This document shows positions 39,901 through 49,656 of a DNA stretch of 64,000 nt, one piece after another; position 1 is the stretch's first letter; each line of letters starts with the position of its first letter. The notes under the pieces were generated by a model, which saw nothing but the letters and a program-made list of their open reading frames with translations, ran no database searches and was not told where the DNA came from. Source of the stretch: a virus; the IMG/VR virus record IMGVR_UViG_3300032236_001530, positions 1 to 64,000 of that record. One strand, 5' to 3'. A program made the translations under genes and the position numbers.

Positions 39901-40295
39901 AATATTGTTTCAATTTTTTTATCTCTTTCAAATGATTTAGTTACATCTGTGAATAACCAACTTTTATTTTCAACCTTTCCTGTATCTAAGTTCTTTTCAA
40001 TTAGACCTTTTGATATAATACTTTCTGTTTTATACTCAGTGATATCACCATTGTTATAAACAACTCTTTCAAGATAAGCATATGCCTCTGATGTTGGTGA
40101 TGATTTGAAAAAGCGAACAACTACTACATCACCTTTAGACAATTCAATAGTATCAGTTTCATCCCAATCACTAATATCTCTCATATCACCACATCTTTTA
40201 TCTCTACAATTTGACCATGAAATATCATTATTAACTAAAAAGAAATTCTCTTTTTGTAATTTCTCATGTATTTGACCAGGTATATAATTCATCAT
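39894..40295 (-). CDS. C-tagged hypothetical protein
   Basis: Ends ERDKKIETILC. Confidence 0.8.
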   Translation of the reverse strand: MMNYIPGQIHEKLQKENFFLVNNDISWSNCRDKRCGDMRDISDWDETDTIELSKGDVVVVRFFKSSPTSEAYAYLERVVYNNGDITEYKTESIISKGLIEKNLDTGKVENKSWLFTDVTKSFERDKKIETILC

Positions 40296-40579
40296 ACTAA
40301 TTGGTTTAATTTGTATTCTCTTATAAGAGGTTTAATATAATTTATATCATCTTCTCTAAAGCACCTATTATTTAAGAAACCAGGTGATGTTATAAACTTT
40401 TCTGTTTTAATAACATCTTCTGGTTTAGAATCCGGTTTAATTTGTAAAGCAATAGTACTTATATAACCATATGCTTCTAGATTACCAACTTTAGAAGTAT
40501 AATATTGTATTTCTCTAACGAGGTTACCAACTCTTAGATATAATCTATCTTCAGGGTATTTTATGTAGTCATATCTCAT
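40292..40579 (-). CDS. C-tagged hypothetical protein
   Basis: Ends IREYKLNQLV. Confidence 0.8.
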   Translation of the reverse strand: MRYDYIKYPEDRLYLRVGNLVREIQYYTSKVGNLEAYGYISTIALQIKPDSKPEDVIKTEKFITSPGFLNNRCFREDDINYIKPLIREYKLNQLV

Positions 40580-40884
40580 GATAATAAATTTTCTAATTGT
40601 GAATCCCTCATTGCATTATTTAATAAAGGAATTATCTTCTCGGCATAAGGATTTCCATTGCTAATAACTTTTTTATCAATTAATAAAATTCCTAAATTTT
40701 TATCTTTATGATATAAACTAAATCCTTGTTTTTCGATTTTCCAATCAAACTCATTTATAACTGGAGCCAATGAATACTTATCTCGTAAATATTCTAAATC
40801 ATCCGAAAACTCATAACTAATCAAATCTCTATCAGGATTTGATATAGCATGACTTCCTTTATATTCTATTACAACATATCTCAT
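40576..40884 (-). CDS. C-tagged hypothetical protein
   Basis: Ends MRDSQLENLLS. Confidence 0.8.
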   Translation of the reverse strand: MRYVVIEYKGSHAISNPDRDLISYEFSDDLEYLRDKYSLAPVINEFDWKIEKQGFSLYHKDKNLGILLIDKKVISNGNPYAEKIIPLLNNAMRDSQLENLLS

Positions 40885-41462
40885 TTTAATAACCTTTCCA
40901 ATTGTAAATTTCTCAATTCATCAGTAGTTCTATGAAACCACCAAGTTCTTTCATAAGCTTGTCTTAATTGTCGCCAATTAGGCATTGAATCCCAAACACC
41001 ATATATCAAAAGATAATCGTGCCACATTGGTAGTCGTTGAATTTCTGTTTCAACTTCACCCATATAATGGTGATATTTCTTACCTTCGTATTTATATTCA
41101 TACTTAACTTGCCACTCCCAAGTTCTACGACAATCTACCCACTCAAGTTCTACGGTTTGATCACAAGGTAAAGAATTTAGATAAAGACCTAACTTTGGAT
41201 AAAACAACTCGTGGTCATGTGGTACATTAGATTTGTATCTACCATCCATCAGTTTCTCATAAAGAAAAAACTGACCTATTTTTTGAGGTCTATTTGTATC
41301 AAAGTAGTTATACTTATCAAAATGATTCTTAAATAGAGTTTTGTCAACTAATTGAACATCAGAATTGACTTCTGAAAACTGCAACGTAATATGTTGATCT
41401 TTTTCAATTTCTCTAATGTAAATTGACTTTTCCTTACTCTTTAAAATTTCTTCTTTTGTCAT
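40881..41462 (-). CDS. C-tagged hypothetical protein
   Basis: Ends LRNLQLERLLK. Confidence 0.8.
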   Translation of the reverse strand: MTKEEILKSKEKSIYIREIEKDQHITLQFSEVNSDVQLVDKTLFKNHFDKYNYFDTNRPQKIGQFFLYEKLMDGRYKSNVPHDHELFYPKLGLYLNSLPCDQTVELEWVDCRRTWEWQVKYEYKYEGKKYHHYMGEVETEIQRLPMWHDYLLIYGVWDSMPNWRQLRQAYERTWWFHRTTDELRNLQLERLLK

Positions 41463-42094
41463 AATTTAATTTCCTCAACTACCTCATTAAGAAGTTTAAA
41501 TTTCTTATAAATTCTACTATATCTATACTGGTCGTCACATTCAACATAATATTTTTTATCACCAATAGAAATGGTTGAAATGCGAGGAGCTTCTTTTTCT
41601 TTGTAAATAAATCTTAATTTACTCTCTATCATTTCTGATAGAATTTCTCTCACACGAAGATGATAATGTTTAGTGTTACCTTGTAAAGATTGATACAATT
41701 CACCAAGTTCAAATGCCTTCTCATTGGAAAGTAAAAATTCTAATTTTTCATTTCTATTGTTAATTGTTTTTTCAGTATTGAATTTAACTAAATCAGCCGA
41801 ACGAATTCCCCAAGAATCATACTCCGAATTCTTACTTAACTCTCTTTGATAAATTTTACCTTCTCGGTTGAAATAAACTTTTCTTTTATCCTTTTCAAAT
41901 TCTTGTACTTCACTAACAATTCTATCAACACAATCAATAACAAGTTTTTGTCTATTTGAATGTCTTTCAAAAGCTTTGAGATATAGTTCATGAACCTCAT
42001 CAATAGTCCAAGCCTTTGGTTCACGTTTGAACTTCAATTTGAAAAGGTCTGAGTTTCCCCAAAATCTCTGATAATTTAAATGATTATATCCCAT
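41459..42094 (-). CDS. Hypothetical protein with internal copy of the C-tag (start revised)
   Basis: Internal NRNEKLEFLLS. Confidence 0.8.
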   Translation of the reverse strand: MGYNHLNYQRFWGNSDLFKLKFKREPKAWTIDEVHELYLKAFERHSNRQKLVIDCVDRIVSEVQEFEKDKRKVYFNREGKIYQRELSKNSEYDSWGIRSADLVKFNTEKTINNRNEKLEFLLSNEKAFELGELYQSLQGNTKHYHLRVREILSEMIESKLRFIYKEKEAPRISTISIGDKKYYVECDDQYRYSRIYKKFKLLNEVVEEIKL

Positions 42095-42153
42095 ATAATG
42101 GCAAATATACAAAATAGTTTAATAAATCCAAAATCAAATTTAATATATAGGGT

Positions 42154-45100
42154 ATGGCTATTAAATACATTATAGATAACTCAGATAACTCATTAGGTAC
42201 TCAAAGTATAAATGGTACCGTTTCCGTTGGCAACTTAACAATAACCGATATACAATCAACCACCGGTCTAACAAACTATGTAGTTGTTGATAGTGATGGT
42301 AATACTTTCTATCAAACAGGTGGTGGAGGTGGAACAAGTAGTCCTATTTTAGGAACATCACACTCTGTTCCTATGTATAACACTAATGGTATTGGATTAA
42401 CAGATAGCGTTGCTTACATTTTCCCAGCTAAATATAATAACACTGCATCAAATGGCTACTCAAATCCTATACCGGATACTTTAATAGTTGGTGGTACTAA
42501 AATTGGCGCTTCAACAAATTATCCACAAACGGTTGGTGTTATTGATAATGGTACAACAGCAAATGGTTTAGCTAGATATCCACAACTTATGGTAATCGCG
42601 GGTACAGCTTACCCTGGTGGTTACACAGCTGGTGTTGCTGCTATTAGTGCTATGGTTATTGATGGTGTTAAAAATAGAAGAGCAACTTTATTTTATAACT
42701 ACAATGATGGAGTTTGGGGCTTATCAGATACAGGGTCTACTGGGGGTGACACATTTGCTTTGTTTCAATCAACAAAAAGAGTGATGTCTGTTTTTAGTAC
42801 AGGTCATGTTAACTTTCAAAATGGTGGTACACATTCAGATTCTGGTAATTTCTTTACCATTGTTGGTACTTCATCTTTCACTGGTGGCAAATTAGAAATA
42901 GGAACAGATTCTGGAATACAACTTTTGGGTTTAACTTCAGGTACTCCTACTTCAACTGGTCAGGCAATTGGTGTTGATGCGTCAGGTAATATTATTACGG
43001 TAGTTGGTGGGGGTGGTAGCACGGGCTCATCTGGATCTAGTGGTTCCTCTGGATCTAGTGGTACATCAGGGTTTAACGGTTCAAGTGGATCTTCCGGATC
43101 TTCTGGTACTTCAGGTAATAGTGGATCTTCGGGTACTTCAGGTAATAGCGGATCTTCTGGTTCCTCAGGCTCATCTGGTTTAAGTGGTTCTTCAGGATCA
43201 TCCGGTGTAAATGGTACATTTATGGGATCTAGTGGTACATCTGGTGTTAGTGGATCATCAGGTTCAAGTGGTATATCAGGTTCTTCTGGATCAAATGGGT
43301 CTTCAGGTACATCTGGTATATCGGGGTCTTCTGGATCAAGCGGATCTTCAGGTTCCTCTGGATCGAGCGGTTCATCTGGTATATCGGGTTCTTCTGGATC
43401 AAATGGGTCTTCAGGTACATCTGGTTTATCCGGTTCTTCTGGGTTAAGTGGATCTTCAGGTTCCTCTGGATCAAGCGGTTCAAGTGGTATTAATGGATCT
43501 AGTGGTTCATCTGGCTTATCAGGATCTAGTGGCTCATCTGGATATAGTGGATCTTCAGGTTCCTCTGGAACAAGTGGTTCTTCTGGGTTATCAGGATCAA
43601 GTGGATCTTCGGGTATTGATGGATCAAGTGGATCATCTGGCTTATCAGGATCTAGTGGCTCTTCAGGTTTATCTGGATCAAGTGGTTCATCTGGCTTATC
43701 TGGATCAAGTGGATCTTCGGGTATTGATGGATCAAGTGGCTCTTCAGGTTTATCTGGATCAAGTGGCTCTTCAGGTTTATCTGGATCAAGTGGATCTTCG
43801 GGTTTATCTGGATCAAGTGGATCTTCGGGTTTATCTGGATCAAGTGGCTCTTCAGGTTTATCTGGATCAAGTGGATCTTCGGGTATTGATGGATCAAGTG
43901 GCTCTTCAGGTTTATCTGGATCAAGTGGATCTTCGGGTTTATCTGGATCAAGTGGATCATCTGGCTTATCAGGATCAAGTGGATCATCTGGTTCATCGGG
44001 ATCAAGTGGTTCAAGTGGTAACTCAGGTTCTTCAGGATCAAGTGGTTCATCTGGCTTATCAGGATCGAGCGGTTCATCTGGATTATCTGGATCGAGCGGT
44101 TCATCAGGTTTATCTGGCTCAAGTGGATCTTCGGGTATTGATGGATCAAGTGGATCTTCAGGTCTATCAGGATCAAGTGGCTCATCCGGATTATCAGGAT
44201 CAAGTGGTTCATCAGGTTTATCAGGATCGAGTGGTTCTTCCGGGTTATCTGGATCAAGTGGTTCCTCTGGGTTTGGTGGATCAAGTGGCTCATCCGGATT
44301 ATCAGGATCAAGTGGCTCATCTGGATTATCAGGATCAAGTGGCTCATCAGGTCTATCAGGATCAAGTGGATCTTCGGGTTTATCAGGATCAAGTGGCTCA
44401 TCTGGGGTTGATGGATCGAGCGGTTCATCGGGTTTATCAGGATCAAGTGGCTCATCAGGTTTATCAGGATCAAGTGGATCATCTGGCTTATCAGGATCAA
44501 GTGGATCATCTGGCTTATCAGGATCAAGCGGCTCATCTGGCTTATCAGGATCAAGTGGATCTTCGGGTTTATCAGGATCAAGTGGCTCTTCAGGAAACTC
44601 TGGTTCCAGTGGATCAAGTGGCACATCTGGATTATCTGGTTCTAGTGGATCATCCGGTACATCGGGTAGTAGTGGCTCAAGTGGTACATCCGGTTCACAT
44701 GGTTCATCTGGATCAAGTGGAACTTCTGGATCAAGTGGCTCATCTGGATCAAGTGGAACATCAGGTGTTAACGGTTATTCAGGAGTTGATGGTACATCTG
44801 GATCTTCAGGATCTTCTGGTAACTCCGGTTCAAGTGGTTCATCAGGTAACTCCGGTTCAAGTGGTTCATCAGGTAATTCTGGATCAAGTGGCTCATCGGG
44901 TAACTCTGGTAGCAGTGGTTCATCAGGATCTTCTGGTAGTTCAGGATTGAGTGGATCTTCTGGTAGTAGTGGAACATCGGGTAAAGATGGTCCATTAAAT
45001 GGTCCTTATTCTAATCCAAATGGTCCGGTTACTGGTGGTTATCTTGGTCAATTATATTTTGGTTCAGATGGTAGTGTTTGGAATTGGAATGGTAGTAGCT

Positions 45101-45654
45101 GGTTATATAGTGGTAACATATCTGGTTCTTCTGGATCAAGTGGTTCATCTGGTGTTAATGGATATGGTTCATCAGGATCTTCGGGTGTCAGTGGATCAAG
45201 TGGGTCATCAGGTGTTTCTGGATCATCAGGATCTTCAGGTGTTAGTGGATCATCAGGTGTTTCTGGATCAAGCGGCTCTTCTGGTGTTAATGGATCAGGA
45301 TCAAGTGGGTCATCTGGTATTAGCGGTTCATCTGGATCAAGTGGTTCATCCGGTGTTAATGGTTCTGGATCAAGTGGATCAAGTGGGTCATCAGGAACTG
45401 ATGGATCAAGTGGTTCATCCGGTGTATCTGGATCAAGTGGTTCATCCGGTGTTAGTGGTGGTGTGACTAATGCAGGTGCTTTAGCCACTGCTTGGGGTCT
45501 ACCAGGTGATTTAAAAAATGGTAATTGCCAACCTCTTGATGGTGATGGTAACCCAATAGGACCCGCGGGTATATGGGTATTTAGATATGATGGTGATCCA
45601 GATGCAACCTATGGTCCTTGTTTTAAACTTAAAATATGTTGTGAATTACCTTAA
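42154..45654 (+). CDS. Gly-X-Y (GSS) repeat protein, putative virion fibre/glycoprotein
   Basis: 1166 aa; beta-rich N-terminal ~285 aa then long (GSS/GLS/GTS/GID) repeats; TAATATATA upstream. Confidence 0.9.
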   Translation: MAIKYIIDNSDNSLGTQSINGTVSVGNLTITDIQSTTGLTNYVVVDSDGNTFYQTGGGGGTSSPILGTSHSVPMYNTNGIGLTDSVAYIFPAKYNNTASNGYSNPIPDTLIVGGTKIGASTNYPQTVGVIDNGTTANGLARYPQLMVIAGTAYPGGYTAGVAAISAMVIDGVKNRRATLFYNYNDGVWGLSDTGSTGGDTFALFQSTKRVMSVFSTGHVNFQNGGTHSDSGNFFTIVGTSSFTGGKLEIGTDSGIQLLGLTSGTPTSTGQAIGVDASGNIITVVGGGGSTGSSGSSGSSGSSGTSGFNGSSGSSGSSGTSGNSGSSGTSGNSGSSGSSGSSGLSGSSGSSGVNGTFMGSSGTSGVSGSSGSSGISGSSGSNGSSGTSGISGSSGSSGSSGSSGSSGSSGISGSSGSNGSSGTSGLSGSSGLSGSSGSSGSSGSSGINGSSGSSGLSGSSGSSGYSGSSGSSGTSGSSGLSGSSGSSGIDGSSGSSGLSGSSGSSGLSGSSGSSGLSGSSGSSGIDGSSGSSGLSGSSGSSGLSGSSGSSGLSGSSGSSGLSGSSGSSGLSGSSGSSGIDGSSGSSGLSGSSGSSGLSGSSGSSGLSGSSGSSGSSGSSGSSGNSGSSGSSGSSGLSGSSGSSGLSGSSGSSGLSGSSGSSGIDGSSGSSGLSGSSGSSGLSGSSGSSGLSGSSGSSGLSGSSGSSGFGGSSGSSGLSGSSGSSGLSGSSGSSGLSGSSGSSGLSGSSGSSGVDGSSGSSGLSGSSGSSGLSGSSGSSGLSGSSGSSGLSGSSGSSGLSGSSGSSGLSGSSGSSGNSGSSGSSGTSGLSGSSGSSGTSGSSGSSGTSGSHGSSGSSGTSGSSGSSGSSGTSGVNGYSGVDGTSGSSGSSGNSGSSGSSGNSGSSGSSGNSGSSGSSGNSGSSGSSGSSGSSGLSGSSGSSGTSGKDGPLNGPYSNPNGPVTGGYLGQLYFGSDGSVWNWNGSSWLYSGNISGSSGSSGSSGVNGYGSSGSSGVSGSSGSSGVSGSSGSSGVSGSSGVSGSSGSSGVNGSGSSGSSGISGSSGSSGSSGVNGSGSSGSSGSSGTDGSSGSSGVSGSSGSSGVSGGVTNAGALATAWGLPGDLKNGNCQPLDGDGNPIGPAGIWVFRYDGDPDATYGPCFKLKICCELP
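43015..45456 (+). repeat. Coding tandem repeat (9/27-nt period) encoding Gly-Ser-Ser triplets, in two blocks
   Basis: ggatcaagt/ggatcttct-type units, interrupted around 44985-45120 by a YFGSDGSVWNWNGSSW segment. Confidence 0.95.
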
Positions 45655-45655
45655 T

Positions 45656-45684
45656 AAAAAACCCACTCATTTGAGTGGGTTTTA
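45656..45684. terminator. Bidirectional intrinsic terminator
   Basis: aaaacccactca-tt-tgagtgggtttt; reverse complement of the hairpin at 36132. Confidence 0.85.
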
Positions 45685-45690
45685 TTTTTG

Positions 45691-45806
45691 TACAAGAGGA
45701 TGGATTCGCACCAACACGATTTAGTTACCTATCAATCAACCTCATTAAAAGGTCACGTCTGCTAATTACATTTCGCTAGCAAAATGTTTATTTCCGCCAC
45801 TCTTGT
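45691..45806 (-). tRNA. Aberrant tRNA-Leu(UAA)-like gene with D-loop hairpin insert
   Basis: Acceptor ACAAGAG/CTCTTGT+A; TGGCGGAA…AGACG D-arm; ACCT-TTTAATG-AGGT; long variable arm; GTTGG-TGCGAAT-CCATC. Confidence 0.65.
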
Positions 45807-46456
45807 TAGTCGTAAAGTTTTATAAAATCTTTACCATATTTTTCTATTACATAATTTAGAAAAGGTTTAATTCTATCTTTATCTATTAGCTCTATTTTAT
45901 TTTTAAATCCTTCCAACTTGGATACTGACTGATCCGTTATATAACCTTTTATCTCAAAAAAAGTATCATCTATTTTGAAATCTGGGTAATATTTATGTTC
46001 TTTTCCTTGGAAAATATATTTAAATGATTCAAAATTTCTTTCAAATTTAATACCATGGTCTATATTATAGATTACCCATGCCAATTCCCAGCTACTATCA
46101 CACCAATATCCTTTATATCTACCTTTCTTACCTCTACCACTACCTTTTCTATAACCACCACCAACTTCTTTCATTTTTTTGGATATCTTATCTCTTCTTG
46201 ATTCTTCGTTGATTTCTTTTCTATCACCTCTATTATATGACTCTTTTATACCTTTTGATAACTTATCAACATAATCATTATACCAATCAAGTCCAAACTT
46301 ATCAATATAATTTATACCTTTATTCCAACCACCTGCTTTCCCTCTTTTAATTTTTCTCCTTGGACCTCTACCATCACAAGAATTAATATGTTTTTCAATG
46401 GATGATTTTATATAAAAGTTACATTTTGGGCAAATATGGTTAATCTCGTTTTTCAT
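45806..46456 (-). CDS. Freestanding PD-(D/E)XK homing-endonuclease-like protein
   Basis: CPKC Zn knuckle, WNKG motif, DSSWELA…YYPDF…EIKG; stop codon abuts the tRNA-like gene. Confidence 0.7.
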   Translation of the reverse strand: MKNEINHICPKCNFYIKSSIEKHINSCDGRGPRRKIKRGKAGGWNKGINYIDKFGLDWYNDYVDKLSKGIKESYNRGDRKEINEESRRDKISKKMKEVGGGYRKGSGRGKKGRYKGYWCDSSWELAWVIYNIDHGIKFERNFESFKYIFQGKEHKYYPDFKIDDTFFEIKGYITDQSVSKLEGFKNKIELIDKDRIKPFLNYVIEKYGKDFIKLYD

Positions 46457-46495
46457 ATAGTATATATAAAAATCAAGACTACCTCTTTATACCAC

Positions 46496-46645
46496 TTATT
46501 CATCCATATCAACATCAGAAACTATATGTTTTCTACAAAATTTAGCCATTTTTGAATTTGGGTAATGATTGTATAAAAACTCAGATACTAAAATAGGAAA
46601 GCCTAATAAAGATAAAGATATCAAAAATATTATTATAATATTCAT
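46496..46645 (-). CDS. Small membrane protein (49 aa), not in ORF track
   Basis: MNIIIIFLISLSLLGFPILV…; start overlaps the upstream stop. Confidence 0.55.
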   Translation of the reverse strand: MNIIIIFLISLSLLGFPILVSEFLYNHYPNSKMAKFCRKHIVSDVDMDE

Positions 46646-46911
46646 TACTTAAAAGTAAATACTTTATATGGTGCTAAAATTGTTACTTTAGAACCATTAG
46701 AATTATAATACCAAATAGAGTCTGAGTTTTGACCATAAATGGTATCTGTTATTGCAATAGCTGGCTTATAGTCAGTATCACTTACTTGATTACCTACATA
46801 AGAGTATTTTCTACTCTCTACCTTAACAAGACCTTCTATTTTATATTTATACTCCTTTTGTTTACAAGAAAAGAGACAAATACTTAAAAGTATAAAAATA
46901 TATTTTTTCAT
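46645..46911 (-). CDS. Lipoprotein
   Basis: MKKYIFILLSICLFS|CK. Confidence 0.8.
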   Translation of the reverse strand: MKKYIFILLSICLFSCKQKEYKYKIEGLVKVESRKYSYVGNQVSDTDYKPAIAITDTIYGQNSDSIWYYNSNGSKVTILAPYKVFTFK

Positions 46912-46912
46912 A

Positions 46913-47272
46913 TTATTTGTTTTTAATTTTTATCATATCGTTTGCAACACGATCAACATTTTTTTGGTCTAAGTAACCCATTTTATTACATATATCCATA
47001 ATAAATTTTTTAGACGGTTTACCATATATAGTACCTAAAATCACGCCTGTCTTTGTGTGCTTTATTAAAGTAACATTTTCATCATTTTCTGAACGACTTG
47101 CAATTATTACAAAGTTACAACAAAATTCATTATCAGATCTCATACTAACAAAATGAGTTGTATCTGATGAGTTTTTATATTTATACTCAATTGTAATAGA
47201 TGGTGTATTTTCGGCTTTGACTAATTGACTCCCAGTCAATATAATCAATAATATTAATGCTAACTTTTTCAT
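46913..47272 (-). CDS. Secreted hypothetical protein
   Basis: Signal peptide …VKA|E; TATATTTG upstream. Confidence 0.75.
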   Translation of the reverse strand: MKKLALILLIILTGSQLVKAENTPSITIEYKYKNSSDTTHFVSMRSDNEFCCNFVIIASRSENDENVTLIKHTKTGVILGTIYGKPSKKFIMDICNKMGYLDQKNVDRVANDMIKIKNK

Positions 47273-47300
47273 AAAACAAATATAATAAAAAAAATTTAAA

Positions 47301-48413
47301 TTAAAAATTATTAACAGAATTAATTATTAAATCTACTTCATCAGTTGTTAAAAAAGGATGAATTGGTAATGAAACAATTCTATCGGCCCATTCATCAGTT
47401 ACCTTACTTGAATACACAATATCCATAGAACTATCAAAGATAGCTGTTTTATGAATTGGAATAGGGTAGTGAATAATTGTTGTGATACCATTAGAAGCCA
47501 TATGTTTTTCAAATGTTTGTCTATCATCAACCATTACACAAAAAATATGATATGAATGTAAAGTACAATCTCCATAAACTTTTGGTAAAGTAACCTTATC
47601 ATTATTCATTTCATTTAGAAATCTTGTAACAATCTCATTCTTAGTCATAGTCCAAGATTTCAAGTGCTTTAACTTCTCAGAAAGAATAATTGCTTGCATT
47701 GAATCTAATCTATGATTGTTACCCAACTCATCATAGTAATACTTAACTTTAGAGCCATAGTTTCTAAGTGATTTTAATCTTGTATTTAACTCTTCTGAAT
47801 TTGTAGTAATAATACCAGCATCACCAGCAGCACCTAAGTTTTTACCGGGATATAAAGAGTAAACAGCCATATCACCATAAGAACCTAAGTGATTACCTTT
47901 ATATCTTGTTTCGTGTGATTGAGAACAATCTTCTAAAATACCAAAGTTGTATTTCTTAGACAAATCTACAATTTTATCCATATCACAAGCTTGTCCATAT
48001 AAGTGAACAGGAATAACAACAACTTTACCATAAACACCTCTCCATTTTTCTAAGAAAGATTCTAAACTATTAACATCAATAGTAAAGTATTCATTTTGGT
48101 CAACTAAAGCCACCTTTGGTTTATCACCTGGTAGATTCTTAACAGCTAAATAATCAGCGATAAATGTGTTAGCCGGTATAATAACTAAGTCATTTGATTT
48201 CAAATCATATGTTTGTAAAGCTAATTTCAGACCGTCTGTACCGTTTGAAACACCAACTGCGTATTTAACTCCAAAGTATTCAGCAAATTGTTGCTCAAAC
48301 TCTGCTACTGATTTTCCATTTATATAAGAGCCTTCGTGTCCTAACTTGTCTATTTTTTCAAGAACCACTTCTCTAATTGTTTGCCATTGTTTTCCTAAAT
48401 CGTTAAATTGCAT
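47301..48413 (-). CDS. DegT/DnrJ/EryC1/StrS sugar aminotransferase
   Basis: VSNGTDGL, PVHLYGQ, EDCSQSH, SLYPGKNLGAAGDAG. Confidence 0.95.
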   Translation of the reverse strand: MQFNDLGKQWQTIREVVLEKIDKLGHEGSYINGKSVAEFEQQFAEYFGVKYAVGVSNGTDGLKLALQTYDLKSNDLVIIPANTFIADYLAVKNLPGDKPKVALVDQNEYFTIDVNSLESFLEKWRGVYGKVVVIPVHLYGQACDMDKIVDLSKKYNFGILEDCSQSHETRYKGNHLGSYGDMAVYSLYPGKNLGAAGDAGIITTNSEELNTRLKSLRNYGSKVKYYYDELGNNHRLDSMQAIILSEKLKHLKSWTMTKNEIVTRFLNEMNNDKVTLPKVYGDCTLHSYHIFCVMVDDRQTFEKHMASNGITTIIHYPIPIHKTAIFDSSMDIVYSSKVTDEWADRIVSLPIHPFLTTDEVDLIINSVNNF

Positions 48414-49221
48414 ATTCTAAATTCATTGTTATTTTTAATGTTATATTCTTATTTTCTATAAAGTTATCTGATGTAAAAAAGTAATCCATAGCTAAATGTA
48501 AAGGTGATTTTGTGTTAGATAAATCCTCTAAACCTTTACCACTTACAATTGTTTTTTTAACATCATCGAATACAATAATCTCATCATCTTCTGTTATAAA
48601 TAAAGCGACTCTGTTTTTAGTTTTATGTTGCCAAGAAGAGTTAATAATAACTTGTAAGCCATCTTTATAATACCAACTAATATTAGATCCAAATTCTTCA
48701 TTTGACTTAATTGAGAATTCATTCCAAGTAAAGTCAAAATTATCTAAACCAAAGATGTAGTAAAGTATTGATAAATCATGTGATGATAAATCAGGTATAG
48801 AACCACAATCATGTCTAACTGGACCATCATTAGTTCTATTAAGAATAACTTGTTTGATTTTCTTTTTAGATACTATTTTTTTAACTCTATCAATACAAGG
48901 ATTAAAAGTATAAACCCAATCAACAAATAACATATTGTTATTTTTATCCATCAGTGAGTAAATATCATTAGCTTCTTTTGATGTTAGTGCTAAAGGTTTC
49001 TCGCACCAAATTCTTTTGTTTTTATATTGACCAATTTTACTTAAAACTTCATGATGTGAAGTGAAAGGCGTTATAACAAAATAGTAGTCATAAGTATCAT
49101 CTAACTCATTAAAGTTATCCAAAACTATATCAATTATTTTAACATCATCATATCCCAATGACATTAAGTTTTTATGGATTATTTTACCCCAATATCCATA
49201 TCCTATTAAGCAAATTCTCAT
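48403..49221 (-). CDS. Gfo/Idh/MocA NAD-dependent oxidoreductase
   Basis: IGYGYWG, WCEKP, DLSSHDL. Confidence 0.9.
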   Translation of the reverse strand: MRICLIGYGYWGKIIHKNLMSLGYDDVKIIDIVLDNFNELDDTYDYYFVITPFTSHHEVLSKIGQYKNKRIWCEKPLALTSKEANDIYSLMDKNNNMLFVDWVYTFNPCIDRVKKIVSKKKIKQVILNRTNDGPVRHDCGSIPDLSSHDLSILYYIFGLDNFDFTWNEFSIKSNEEFGSNISWYYKDGLQVIINSSWQHKTKNRVALFITEDDEIIVFDDVKKTIVSGKGLEDLSNTKSPLHLAMDYFFTSDNFIENKNITLKITMNLEYAI

Positions 49222-49652
49222 ATTTGTCTTGTTATTTTTGCTGGGTTACCATAAGCAACACAATTATCTGGTATGTCTTTAGTAACAACAGAACCAGCAC
49301 CAATTATTACATTATTTCCTATTTTAACAGGTAAAATTGTTGAATTTGAACCAATTCTAACTCTATCACCAACTATTGTTTCCTTCATTTTCCAACTTTC
49401 AATTAAGTCAGAATCGAATATATCATTAGTAAACATCACACCATGTCCAATGAATGTGTTTTTACCTATCTTAACACCTGATGGTATAAATGAATGAGAG
49501 CTAATAATTGAGTATTCACCGACTTCAGCATCTTTTTGTATTTCTACAAATGGTCCAATTTTAACATTATCACCAATAGTACAACCATATAAATTAACTG
49601 GTTCTACAATTGATACATTTTCACCTAAGTTTATATTTTTAATTCCTGCCAT
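49218..49652 (-). CDS. Hexapeptide-repeat sugar N-acyltransferase
   Basis: Left-handed beta-helix repeats; GVMFTND, GAGSVVTKD, GNPAK. Confidence 0.92.
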   Translation of the reverse strand: MAGIKNINLGENVSIVEPVNLYGCTIGDNVKIGPFVEIQKDAEVGEYSIISSHSFIPSGVKIGKNTFIGHGVMFTNDIFDSDLIESWKMKETIVGDRVRIGSNSTILPVKIGNNVIIGAGSVVTKDIPDNCVAYGNPAKITRQI

Positions 49653-49656
49653 ATTT

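Noticed and set aside
4873-42112. Shared N-terminal MYIC(H/I)/MYLCN motif in ORFs at 4624, 20440, 34550, 41459
   Set aside because: It is the translation of the TATATTTG/TATCTTTG promoter by over-extended ORF calls; true starts are the next Met.
43015-45456. Possible CRISPR array
   Set aside because: No unique spacers; in-frame degenerate coding repeat. No cas genes or repeat-spacer arrays seen anywhere in the window.
42960-45488. Long alternative-frame and antisense ORFs (PDEPLD, DQVDL, LILIN repeats)
   Set aside because: Shadows of the GSS coding repeat, which lacks stops in other frames; no own promoters or unique domains.
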